From Aquifex aeolicus VF5 (GTDB lineage Bacteria; Aquificota; Aquificia; Aquificales; Aquificaceae): DNA of 32,000 nucleotides. The stretch covers positions 990,001-1,022,000 of the forward strand of contig NC_000918.1 of the NCBI RefSeq assembly GCF_000008625.1. Direction: 5' to 3'. This document shows positions 16,934 to 24,722 of this stretch, piece after piece. The translations under genes were made by a program, and so were the position numbers. The notes below the pieces were generated by a model. The model saw nothing but the letters and a program-made list of their open reading frames with translations. It did no database searches and was not told the origin of the DNA. Position 1 is the first letter of the stretch; the number at the start of each line of letters is the position of its first letter.

Positions 16934-19900
16934 ATGGAGATTAAAGAGTACAACCCGAGGGAAATAGAGGAAAAGTGGAGCAGGTACTGGATAGAGAAGG
17001 CACTCTACCACGTGGAAAAACCCGATAAAAGGAAGAAGTTTTCCGTTGTTATACCTCCGCCAAACGTCACGGGTTCCCTTCACATGGGACACGCCCTGAA
17101 CGCAACCCTTCAGGACGTTATCGTGAGATGGCAGAGGATGAGAGGAAGGGAGTGTGTATGGGTTCCCGGGTTTGACCACGCGGGTATAGCGACCCAGTAC
17201 GTCGTTGAAAAGCAGCTCGCAAAGGAAGGAAAGAGCAGGCTTGAACTTGGTAGGGAAGAGTTTTTAAAGAAGGTATGGGAGTGGGTACCAAAGTCCAGAA
17301 ACGCAATAAGGACACAACTCACAAAACTTGGTGTCTCCGTTGACTGGAAGAGGGAACGCTTTACCTTGGACGAGGGATTTTCAAGGGCGGTAAGGAAGGC
17401 TTTCAGAACACTCTTTGAAGAGGGTTTAATATACAGAGCGGAATACATAGTAAACTGGTGTCCTAATGATAGAACCGCACTTTCGGACCTTGAGGTTGAG
17501 TACGAAGAAGAAAAGGGAAGTCTCTGGTACATAAAGTACCCCATAGTGGACGAAAACGGAAAGGACACGGGAGAGTTCATAACCGTTGCAACCACGAGAC
17601 CCGAAACAATGCTCGGAGACACGGCGGTAGCGGTGAACCCGAATGACGATAGGTATAAACACCTTGTAGGCAAAAGGGCTAGACTTCCCCTTGTCAACTG
17701 GGAAAGGAAGGATCTTAGAGGAAACTCCGTATCAAACCTCATTCCCATAATAGCGGACGAAAGGGTAAAGATGGACTTCGGAACGGGAGCGGTGAAAATC
17801 ACCCCCGCCCACGACCCTCTGGACTTTGAAATAGGAAAGACCCACGACCTTCCCTTTGTAAGGGTCATAGACGAGACGGGAAGGATGAACGAAAACGCGG
17901 GAGACTTTGCGGGAATGGACCGCTACGAGGCAAGGGAAGCCATAGTCGCAAAACTGAGAGAAGACGAACTCCTGGAAAAGGAAGAGGAAATCACCCACTC
18001 CGTAGGGCACTGTTACAGGTGTAAGACCGTAATAGAACCTATGGTCTCGGTTCAATGGTTCGTGAAAGTCTCCGACCCCAGAATAAAGGACATTTCCATA
18101 AAGGTAGTTGAAGAGGGAATAAAGGAAAGGGAAGAAAAAGAACTCTTCGTTCAACTCGCACAGGTAGAGGAACTCAGCGTAGTAATTCCTCTGAAGGAGG
18201 AAGGAAGGCACAAGATAGTAGTAGTTCTGGACAAAACAGCCAAGTTTCTTGTCGGAAAGAGAGAAGGAGAGCTCGCATACATATACTACCCCAAGGGTGA
18301 TGAGAGGACCCTTGAATTCGCAAAGAGACTCGCGGAAGAGTTCAAAGACTACGAGTTCATGGTCGCGTACGAGGGACTTCCAAAGATAGTTGTAATGGGA
18401 AACGAACAACTGGTAGAGCCTGGAAGCTACCTTTTTGTCTACGACGGTAAGAAGCTTGACCTTTATAAACTGGAAGGGGAAAAGCCCAAGTTCTTGAAAA
18501 CCCTCGGAAAGGGAGAGGCGGATTTAGAAGTAACCCAGAAGTCAATTCAGATAAAACCCGAAAGGATTAAGAAAGTAGAGGAAAGGGAGAAGAGGGTAAA
18601 GTTTATTCCCGAACACTGGAAGAAATTCTACCTTGATTGGATGTACAACCTGAAAGACTGGTGTATCTCAAGGCAGATATGGTGGGGCCACAGGATACCG
18701 GTTTGGTATTGCAAGGACTGCGGGAACGTAAACGTCTTCACGGACGACGACTTTGATAGGGCACACGACAAGATAATCTTCAACCTTATAGCGGACGGAA
18801 AGATAGACCAAGAGTTTACCCCTGAAGAAGTAGAAAAGGTGTTAAAGTCCCCTCACTTCGTCCACCCCGAGATGACAGTTCTTGACTTTTACAAAAAGTT
18901 CGTCTTTCACAGATACTACAACATGGACATAACCGCGGATTCCCTCAGACTCCTCTTTACTCAGGACATGAACCCTATGGCCATGCTCACTCCCGGCGTG
19001 TCCACGAGGAACATTTACAAGTACGACTCCCAGAAAAAGAAGTGGAAGATGGTTCTCAGGTGCAAAAAGTGCGGTTCTGAGAACTTAGAACAGGAAAGGG
19101 ACGTTCTTGATACGTGGTTCTCTTCGGCTCTCTGGCCTTTTGGAGTGTTCGGCTGGCCCGAAAGCACGGAGGACCTCAAAAACCTCTACCCCACGGACTT
19201 GCTTGTCACGGGCTTTGACATAATCTTCTTCTGGGTTGCGAGAATGATTATGATGGGAACGCACTTTATGAAGGACATACCCTTTTATGATGTTTACGTT
19301 CACGCCCTCGTGAGGGATAAATACGGAAGGAAGATGTCTAAAACCATAGGAAACGTAATAGACCCCCTTGACATAATAGAGCGCTACGGAGCGGACGCTC
19401 TGAGGTTCACGCTCGCAATCCTGACCGTTCAGGGAAGGGACATAAAACTCGCGGAGGAGAAGTTTGAAGGATATAAACACTTTGCGAACAAAATATGGAA
19501 CGCCGCAAGGTACGTTTTAATGAACACACCGGAGGACTTCATAGCGCGAATTCCCTACATGGCACCCTTGAAACCCGAAGACAAGTGGATAATAACGAAA
19601 CTCAACGAAACTGCGGAGGAAGTAAACAAAGCCCTTGAAAATTACCAATACTCTCAGGCGGCTCACGCCATATACGAGTTCTTCTGGAGCGATTACTGCG
19701 ATTGGTATATAGAGTTCACAAAGGAAAGAATTTACAAAAAGGCCCCGGAAGATAACGAAGAGGAAAAGGCAAAGGTGGAAAACGAAAGGACTACCGCACT
19801 CTACACCCTTCACTACGTTCTGGAAAAAGCCCTCAGAATTCTCCACCCCTTCATGCCCTACATAACCGAGGAACTCTGGCACAAACTCCCGAACGCCGAA

Positions 19901-20431
19901 GGAGAGAGCATATCCTTAGCGGAATTTCCCCAGAAAAACGAAGATGAGATATACGAAGAGGACAAACAGAAGGTTGAGAGGTTAAAAGAAATAATCTCTG
20001 CGATAAGGGCTATCCGTTCGGACCTCCAAATAAAACCGAGCGAAAAGATAAAGGCTTCCTTTAAAACTGAGAGCGAGTTTTCCAGAAGAGTAATTCAAGA
20101 GTTCAAGAACCACATACTCAACCTCGCAAAACTTGAAAGCTTTGAAGAAGTCTCTCAAAGGCCTCAGAACACCGTGGCCACATTCTCAAAGGACACCGAG
20201 ATATACGTCCACATAGAGGGACACGTGGACCTCGATAAACTTATTCAGTCTTACGAAAAGAAGAGAGAAAAGCTTTTAAAAGAACTTGAAAGGGTAAACA
20301 AGAAACTTTCTAACGAGAACTTCCTGAAGAAAGCTCCCGTGGAAGTTGTTGAGAAAGAAAAGCAGATTAAGGAAGAACTTGAGAACGACTTAAAGAAAGT
20401 TGAGGAAATCCTGAAGGTTCTCCGCTCCTGA
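16934..20431 (+). CDS. valS: Valyl-tRNA synthetase, unusually long (1165 aa)
   Basis: HIGH (SLHMGHALN), KMSKS (RKMSKTIGN), TTRPETMLGDTAVAV, DWCISRQIWWGHRIP and a C-terminal coiled coil are all present. There are two large insertions relative to the canonical layout (see findings). Confidence 0.95.
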   Translation: MEIKEYNPREIEEKWSRYWIEKALYHVEKPDKRKKFSVVIPPPNVTGSLHMGHALNATLQDVIVRWQRMRGRECVWVPGFDHAGIATQYVVEKQLAKEGKSRLELGREEFLKKVWEWVPKSRNAIRTQLTKLGVSVDWKRERFTLDEGFSRAVRKAFRTLFEEGLIYRAEYIVNWCPNDRTALSDLEVEYEEEKGSLWYIKYPIVDENGKDTGEFITVATTRPETMLGDTAVAVNPNDDRYKHLVGKRARLPLVNWERKDLRGNSVSNLIPIIADERVKMDFGTGAVKITPAHDPLDFEIGKTHDLPFVRVIDETGRMNENAGDFAGMDRYEAREAIVAKLREDELLEKEEEITHSVGHCYRCKTVIEPMVSVQWFVKVSDPRIKDISIKVVEEGIKEREEKELFVQLAQVEELSVVIPLKEEGRHKIVVVLDKTAKFLVGKREGELAYIYYPKGDERTLEFAKRLAEEFKDYEFMVAYEGLPKIVVMGNEQLVEPGSYLFVYDGKKLDLYKLEGEKPKFLKTLGKGEADLEVTQKSIQIKPERIKKVEEREKRVKFIPEHWKKFYLDWMYNLKDWCISRQIWWGHRIPVWYCKDCGNVNVFTDDDFDRAHDKIIFNLIADGKIDQEFTPEEVEKVLKSPHFVHPEMTVLDFYKKFVFHRYYNMDITADSLRLLFTQDMNPMAMLTPGVSTRNIYKYDSQKKKWKMVLRCKKCGSENLEQERDVLDTWFSSALWPFGVFGWPESTEDLKNLYPTDLLVTGFDIIFFWVARMIMMGTHFMKDIPFYDVYVHALVRDKYGRKMSKTIGNVIDPLDIIERYGADALRFTLAILTVQGRDIKLAEEKFEGYKHFANKIWNAARYVLMNTPEDFIARIPYMAPLKPEDKWIITKLNETAEEVNKALENYQYSQAAHAIYEFFWSDYCDWYIEFTKERIYKKAPEDNEEEKAKVENERTTALYTLHYVLEKALRILHPFMPYITEELWHKLPNAEGESISLAEFPQKNEDEIYEEDKQKVERLKEIISAIRAIRSDLQIKPSEKIKASFKTESEFSRRVIQEFKNHILNLAKLESFEEVSQRPQNTVATFSKDTEIYVHIEGHVDLDKLIQSYEKKREKLLKELERVNKKLSNENFLKKAPVEVVEKEKQIKEELENDLKKVEEILKVLRS

Positions 20432-20434
20432 TTT

Positions 20435-20893
20435 TTACTTACTTTTCTGGCAGTCTTCGCATATACCGAAAATCTCAAGCCTGTGGTGAGCGGGCTTGAA
20501 GTTGTACTTTTTGCATATTTCTTCCTGAAGCTTTTCTATCTCCTCATCAACGAATTCTATTATCCTCCCGCATTCCGTGCACACCAGATGGTCGTGGTGA
20601 GAACGTCCAATAACGAACTCGTAAATGGTTTTATTGTCCTTTTTTATTACTTCCTTAACAGCTCCGAACTCTTCAAGGAGTTTTACGGTTCTGTAAACGG
20701 TAGAACGTGAAACTTTTTTATCCTTGTGATTTGCAATCCAGTTTACTAATTCCTCAATCTCAAAGTGTTTGTTGTAGTCCGCTATAAGGTCTATGAGGTT
20801 TAAACGGGATTTGGTTACTTTCATGTTCTTCTTTTTCAAAAATTTAGTAAACTCCTTCTTTAGTTCTTCAACGTTTACCCTCATTAGTATCAT
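20435..20893 (-). CDS. fur: Fur-family metalloregulator (Fur/Zur/PerR not distinguishable)
   Basis: It has a winged-helix N-terminal domain, HHDHLVCTECG and CEDC (a structural CxxC pair plus His-rich regulatory site). An alternative start is M4 at 20884. Confidence 0.85.
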   Translation of the reverse strand: MILMRVNVEELKKEFTKFLKKKNMKVTKSRLNLIDLIADYNKHFEIEELVNWIANHKDKKVSRSTVYRTVKLLEEFGAVKEVIKKDNKTIYEFVIGRSHHDHLVCTECGRIIEFVDEEIEKLQEEICKKYNFKPAHHRLEIFGICEDCQKSK

Positions 20894-20899
20894 AATATA

Positions 20900-21505
20900 T
20901 TAATAATGATTTTCAATTGCAAGAATTCTTTTTAAGTCTTCCTTTGTATTCATGTTAAGTAGCGTGTATCTAAGCTCTTCTGGTATTTCCACCTCGTTGT
21001 ATCCGACATCCTTTAAAAGAGCCCATATTCTGTAATCTCCCTTTTTTATCCTTTCTTCAATTTTTTCTAAAAGTTTTTTTGAGTAAACACCTACGAGTGT
21101 GTGCAGCTTTTCCGTTTTTGCCACGCTTACGGGTTCTTTAAAATTCTCAAGGACGTAAAGTACAGTCTCCTTTTTCATTAAGGGAAGGTCACCAGAAAGT
21201 ACAAATACGTTTTCCTCTTTTGCGTGTTTTAGAGCGGTATAAAGACCAATTATAGAAGCACTTTCTTCAAACTCGTCCAGAACCACGGGAGCGTTTAAGA
21301 AGGAAAACTTCTCTCTGTCTTTTGCCACTATGTAAACCTCTTTAAAAACGCTTTTTGCTGTTTCGTACACCCTTTCTATGACTTTTTTCCCCTTTATCTC
21401 ATAGAGTAGTTTGTCCTCTCCGAATCTTTTACTCTTCCCTCCCGCGAGCACGTAGCAGGTATTCACCTTTGACAAGCTTCCTTTCCTCCACGTAAACGTT
21501 CGCAT
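20900..21505 (-). CDS. mobA: Molybdenum cofactor guanylyltransferase
   Basis: LAGGKSKRFGEDK and SGDLPL motifs are present. The start is uncertain: ATG 21505 overlaps the upstream gene by 77 nt, and the internal GTG at 21466 is also possible. Confidence 0.7.
   Translation of the reverse strand: MRTFTWRKGSLSKVNTCYVLAGGKSKRFGEDKLLYEIKGKKVIERVYETAKSVFKEVYIVAKDREKFSFLNAPVVLDEFEESASIIGLYTALKHAKEENVFVLSGDLPLMKKETVLYVLENFKEPVSVAKTEKLHTLVGVYSKKLLEKIEERIKKGDYRIWALLKDVGYNEVEIPEELRYTLLNMNTKEDLKRILAIENHY
20901..20915 (-). promoter_or_regulatory. Fur-box-like 7-1-7 operator immediately upstream of fur
   Basis: The minus strand reads TGAAAAT-C-ATTATTA, against the classical Fur half-sites TGATAAT-n-ATTATCA (6/7 + 6/7). 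It ends 7 nt before the fur ATG and lies inside the last codons of mobA. Confidence 0.4.
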
Positions 21506-22328
21506 TTTTGGGAATTTTTCTTCCCCTTATGTGAGGATTTAAATCCCTGAACCTTGACTCGTTCATGGAATACATTATCAGGAAATCCTCAACGCTCATA
21601 GGTATGCCAACCTTTACTATAGCAATTTCTCTTGAGGGTTCATAAAGATGTATTCCGTAATATTCAGGGTTTTGAGCAATTAGAAGCGTTGCAAGAAAGA
21701 GAGGAACGTAATTCTGAGTCTCTTTTGGGAGCTTTCTCCTCTCTTTCCAGAAATTGTAGTTTACATTTCTCCTTATGCAGTTTTCACCGCAGTTGTATGC
21801 AGCGAGGACAAGCTCAAGGTTTTTGAACTCTTCAAGCAAATCCCTCAAATACTTTGCCGCTGCGTGGGTGGACTTTACCACGTCAAAACGCTCGTCGTAA
21901 TCCTTCCTGACTATAAGTCCGTACCTCCTTGCAGTTTGTGGCATGAGTTGCCAGATTCCCGCGGCTCCGCTCCGCGATACCGCAAAGGGATTGTACATAC
22001 TCTCAACAATCGGAAGGTACTTGAACTCCTCGGGCAGTCCGTAGCTCCTGAGTATGGGGACTATTATATTTTCGTAAAGCTTCATTCTGTAAAAGGCATA
22101 CTTCAAGGATTCTCTTTTGGTGAGTAAGCTCTTCAAAGCTCTCAGAACTTCCGGTCTATTCACTTTATTTACGTAAAGAGAACGACTCAATTTAATTATG
22201 TCTTCCTCCGAGAGGGCGGGTTTTCCTTCCTTAATTACGACGTAGTTCCTGTTTTTCAGAACTACTTCCTTGGTCTTCGGTGTGCATCCCCCCACAAGGA
22301 TAAGTATTATTGTTAAAAAAAGCAGCAT
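21429..22328 (-). CDS. Lipoprotein lytic transglycosylase (SLT domain, MltD-like) with degenerate LysM-like C-terminus
   Basis: It has the lipobox LVGGC and the SLT catalytic region ESMYNPFAVSRSGAAGIWQLMPQTARRYG. A perfect TATAAT lies 10 nt upstream of the ATG. Confidence 0.8.
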   Translation of the reverse strand: MLLFLTIILILVGGCTPKTKEVVLKNRNYVVIKEGKPALSEEDIIKLSRSLYVNKVNRPEVLRALKSLLTKRESLKYAFYRMKLYENIIVPILRSYGLPEEFKYLPIVESMYNPFAVSRSGAAGIWQLMPQTARRYGLIVRKDYDERFDVVKSTHAAAKYLRDLLEEFKNLELVLAAYNCGENCIRRNVNYNFWKERRKLPKETQNYVPLFLATLLIAQNPEYYGIHLYEPSREIAIVKVGIPMSVEDFLIMYSMNESRFRDLNPHIRGRKIPKNANVYVEERKLVKGEYLLRARGREE

Positions 22329-22350
22329 TTTACTTTAGATTATATATCCT

Positions 22351-22944
22351 ATGGAAAACGTAAAGGAAGACAGGACCTTGGATCTATCTGGGCTCAGTTG
22401 TCCTCTCCCTGTCGTTATGACATCTGAAACGATGAGAAAAATGGAAGAAGGGCAGGTTTTAAAGGTGATTTCCACGGATCCGGGTTTTGAGAGGGATATA
22501 TGGAGCTGGGCAAAGCAAAGTGGGAATATACTTCTCAAGGTTGAGAAAGAAGACGGAAAGACGATAGCTTACATAAAGAAGGCAAGCGAGGCACACGAGC
22601 CATCACTCTGGTACTGGATAAAGTTCCACTCCTTAGGTGTAAAGCTCCACATAAGGCAGTTCTGTATACAGATAAACCCCTTCGTAAAGAAACCCACGCA
22701 CTTTATAACCTTCAGTGCCATCTCCGAAGGAACGAGGGCTGAAAAAGAACTGAAAAAACTCGGTGAGAAAGATGCAGTTCTGATACCAATTCCGGATGAA
22801 ATAGACCCGAGGTGCGGAGTTGTTCTCGCTGTTCACGGCGAGAAAAAGGCAAGGGAGATTTACGAAAAGTTAAAGGATATGGACATAGCGGTTGAAGCCA
22901 TTTACGAAAAGAAAGGAAAAGAGTACGAGAGAGTTTACCCTTAA
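22351..22944 (+). CDS. TusA/SirA-like sulfur-carrier domain fused to a DUF3343-like domain
   Basis: The N-terminal LDLSGLSCPLPVVM has the CPxP motif. The C-terminal FITFSAISEGTRAEKELKKLG..LIPIPDEIDPRCGVVLAV fits the DUF3343 pattern (IP.P..I...CG.A). Confidence 0.7.
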   Translation: MENVKEDRTLDLSGLSCPLPVVMTSETMRKMEEGQVLKVISTDPGFERDIWSWAKQSGNILLKVEKEDGKTIAYIKKASEAHEPSLWYWIKFHSLGVKLHIRQFCIQINPFVKKPTHFITFSAISEGTRAEKELKKLGEKDAVLIPIPDEIDPRCGVVLAVHGEKKAREIYEKLKDMDIAVEAIYEKKGKEYERVYP

Positions 22945-24686
22945 GCCCTCGCTAAGTTCTTCCTCTTTTTGTAAACGAATTCTTTTAAGCCTTCTAAATC
23001 AAAGGTATTTATTACTTTATCTGGCGTAGCCCAACCTCTCCTTGCGAGTCCTACTCCCAGAAACATTAAGTGCAGTTGCCTTGCAGAGTGGGCGTCCGTC
23101 ACTATCCCTATATAAACTCCCGCTTCCATACACTTCCTCACGTTTTCGGGAGATAAATCCATCCTCTGGGTGTTCAACTCAAGGGCTGTTCCCGTTTCTT
23201 TGGCCTTTTGTATGAGTTTTTCTATGTTTACGGGATAACCTTCCCTGTAACCGTACTGTTTTCCGGTCGGGTGCCCTATCATGTTCACGTAAGGGTTTTC
23301 CATAGCCTTTATAATTCTTTCAGTGTTGTCCTGCTCAAACCGCGAGTGAACCGAAGCCACGACAAAGTCAAACTGCTCCAGCACTTCGTCGGGAAGGTCC
23401 AGAGAACCGTCCGGGAGAATGTCCACTTCCGCCCCTTTTAGTATGTAAAAACCCTTAGGGTTATACTCCTTGTTTAGCCTATCTATTTCCTTCCACTGCT
23501 GTTTATACCTTTCTGGATCAAGGCCGTTCGCAACCCTAGCACTCTGGGAGTGATCCCCTATGACTATGTACTGATAACCAAGCTTATAAGCTGTTTCCAC
23601 CATCTCCTCAAGGGTGTTCACCCCGTCGCTCCAGTTTGTGTGCATGTGAAGGTCCCCTTTTATGTCTTTGAGTTCTACAAGTCTTGGAAGCTTGTGTTCA
23701 AGGGCGAGTTCTATCTCTCCCCAGTCTTCCCTTAGCTCGGGAGGTATCCACTGCATGCCAAGGACTTCGTAAACACCTTCTTCCGTTTCTCCTGCAATCC
23801 TTTCTTCCGTGTCCACCTTAAACACTCCGTACTCGTTTACCTTCAGACCCTTTTCCTTTGCTATGTCCCTTATCCTTATGTTGTGCTGTTTCGAACCGGT
23901 GAAGTACTGAAGGGCCGCACCCCAGCTTATGGGCTCTACGGTTCTGAGGTCCACCTGCCTCCCCGTATCGAGAATAATGCTCGACTTTGTCTCTCCCTTT
24001 GCAAGAACTTCTAAAAGTCCCGGATACTTGGTAAAGTGCTCGTGAATAGCTTTCCAGTTTTCCTTCTTGGCGGAAACGAGTATGTCAATATCCCCTATTG
24101 TTTCCTTCATTCTCCTCAAACTTCCCGCTATTGAGATGTTTTCGTACTTATCCTTAATCCTTTCCATGTACTTCAATACTTCCTGAGCCATCGGGTATGC
24201 TTCTATCAGGGATATCCTTTCCTTGCTCTTTTCCCAGAGTTCTATTCCCCTCAGTATTTTTAAAGCCTTTACGGGGCCAAATCCTCTGATCTTGTTAAAC
24301 TTTCCCTTTTTAAGGGCCTCTATAAACTCCTCTTTTGTCCTTATTCCGAGCTGTTCGTAAGCTATCTTTAAGGTCTTCGGTCCGACTCCCGGAGCGTCAA
24401 GGAGTTCCAGCAGGTCTTCGGGAACCATGCGTCTCAGTTCTTCATACTTCTTTATAGTTCCGGTCTTCAGGAATTCTTCTATTTTTAATAGTGTTGACTC
24501 ACCTATCCCGGGCATGTGGTGGAGTTTTCTCGTATAAAAAGCCTTTTCAACGTCTTCCTGGAGCTCGCTTATGAGGTTTGCCACCCTCCTGTACGTTCTT
24601 ATCCTGTAGGGATTTTCTCCGAGGAATTCAAGGATATCGGCCATTCTCTCAAAGATTTTTGCAAGTTCCTGATTCTTTCTGGACAT
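22941..24686 (-). CDS. polX: Family X DNA polymerase with C-terminal PHP phosphoesterase domain
   Basis: It has HhH motifs (GIGESTLLKI, GVGPKTLKI), a catalytic GSLRRMKETIGDIDILV and a PHP DLHMHTNWSDG. The start is taken at the ATG at 24686 (MSRKNQELAKIFE). The 61-codon upstream extension overlaps pdxJ and looks non-coding. Confidence 0.9.
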   Translation of the reverse strand: MSRKNQELAKIFERMADILEFLGENPYRIRTYRRVANLISELQEDVEKAFYTRKLHHMPGIGESTLLKIEEFLKTGTIKKYEELRRMVPEDLLELLDAPGVGPKTLKIAYEQLGIRTKEEFIEALKKGKFNKIRGFGPVKALKILRGIELWEKSKERISLIEAYPMAQEVLKYMERIKDKYENISIAGSLRRMKETIGDIDILVSAKKENWKAIHEHFTKYPGLLEVLAKGETKSSIILDTGRQVDLRTVEPISWGAALQYFTGSKQHNIRIRDIAKEKGLKVNEYGVFKVDTEERIAGETEEGVYEVLGMQWIPPELREDWGEIELALEHKLPRLVELKDIKGDLHMHTNWSDGVNTLEEMVETAYKLGYQYIVIGDHSQSARVANGLDPERYKQQWKEIDRLNKEYNPKGFYILKGAEVDILPDGSLDLPDEVLEQFDFVVASVHSRFEQDNTERIIKAMENPYVNMIGHPTGKQYGYREGYPVNIEKLIQKAKETGTALELNTQRMDLSPENVRKCMEAGVYIGIVTDAHSARQLHLMFLGVGLARRGWATPDKVINTFDLEGLKEFVYKKRKNLARA

Positions 24687-24722
24687 ACTTTTAAAGTTAA
24701 GCCTTGAATTAAGATTTAAAGT
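24687..24722. promoter_or_regulatory. 36-nt divergent polX/pdxJ control region with two TTTAAA hexamers
   Basis: TTTAAA at 24690-24695 lies 3 nt from the polX ATG, and TTTAAA at 24715-24720 lies 2 nt from the pdxJ ATG. Neither gene has an SD. TAAGAT (24710-24715) is a possible -10 that would place the TSS at the pdxJ ATG. Confidence 0.4.

Noticed and set aside
17110-18409. Long minus-strand ORFs (252 aa and 225 aa) inside valS
   Set aside because: They are antisense shadows of a GAA/AAG/GAG-rich gene. The translations are low-complexity (S/F/L/P-rich) with no motifs, and valS is unambiguous on the + strand.
18119-19060. Possibility that the ValRS insertions are inteins
   Set aside because: There is no Cys/Ser/Thr at the insertion N-termini, no His-Asn followed by Cys/Ser/Thr at the C-termini, and no homing-endonuclease-like motifs. 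They look like in-frame structural domains.
21429-21505. 77-nt overlap of mobA with the lytic transglycosylase gene, as evidence of a frameshift or pseudogene
   Set aside because: Both ORFs are intact with their motifs. The overlap probably reflects an over-called mobA start, with the internal GTG at 21466 also possible, so this is start-site uncertainty rather than decay.
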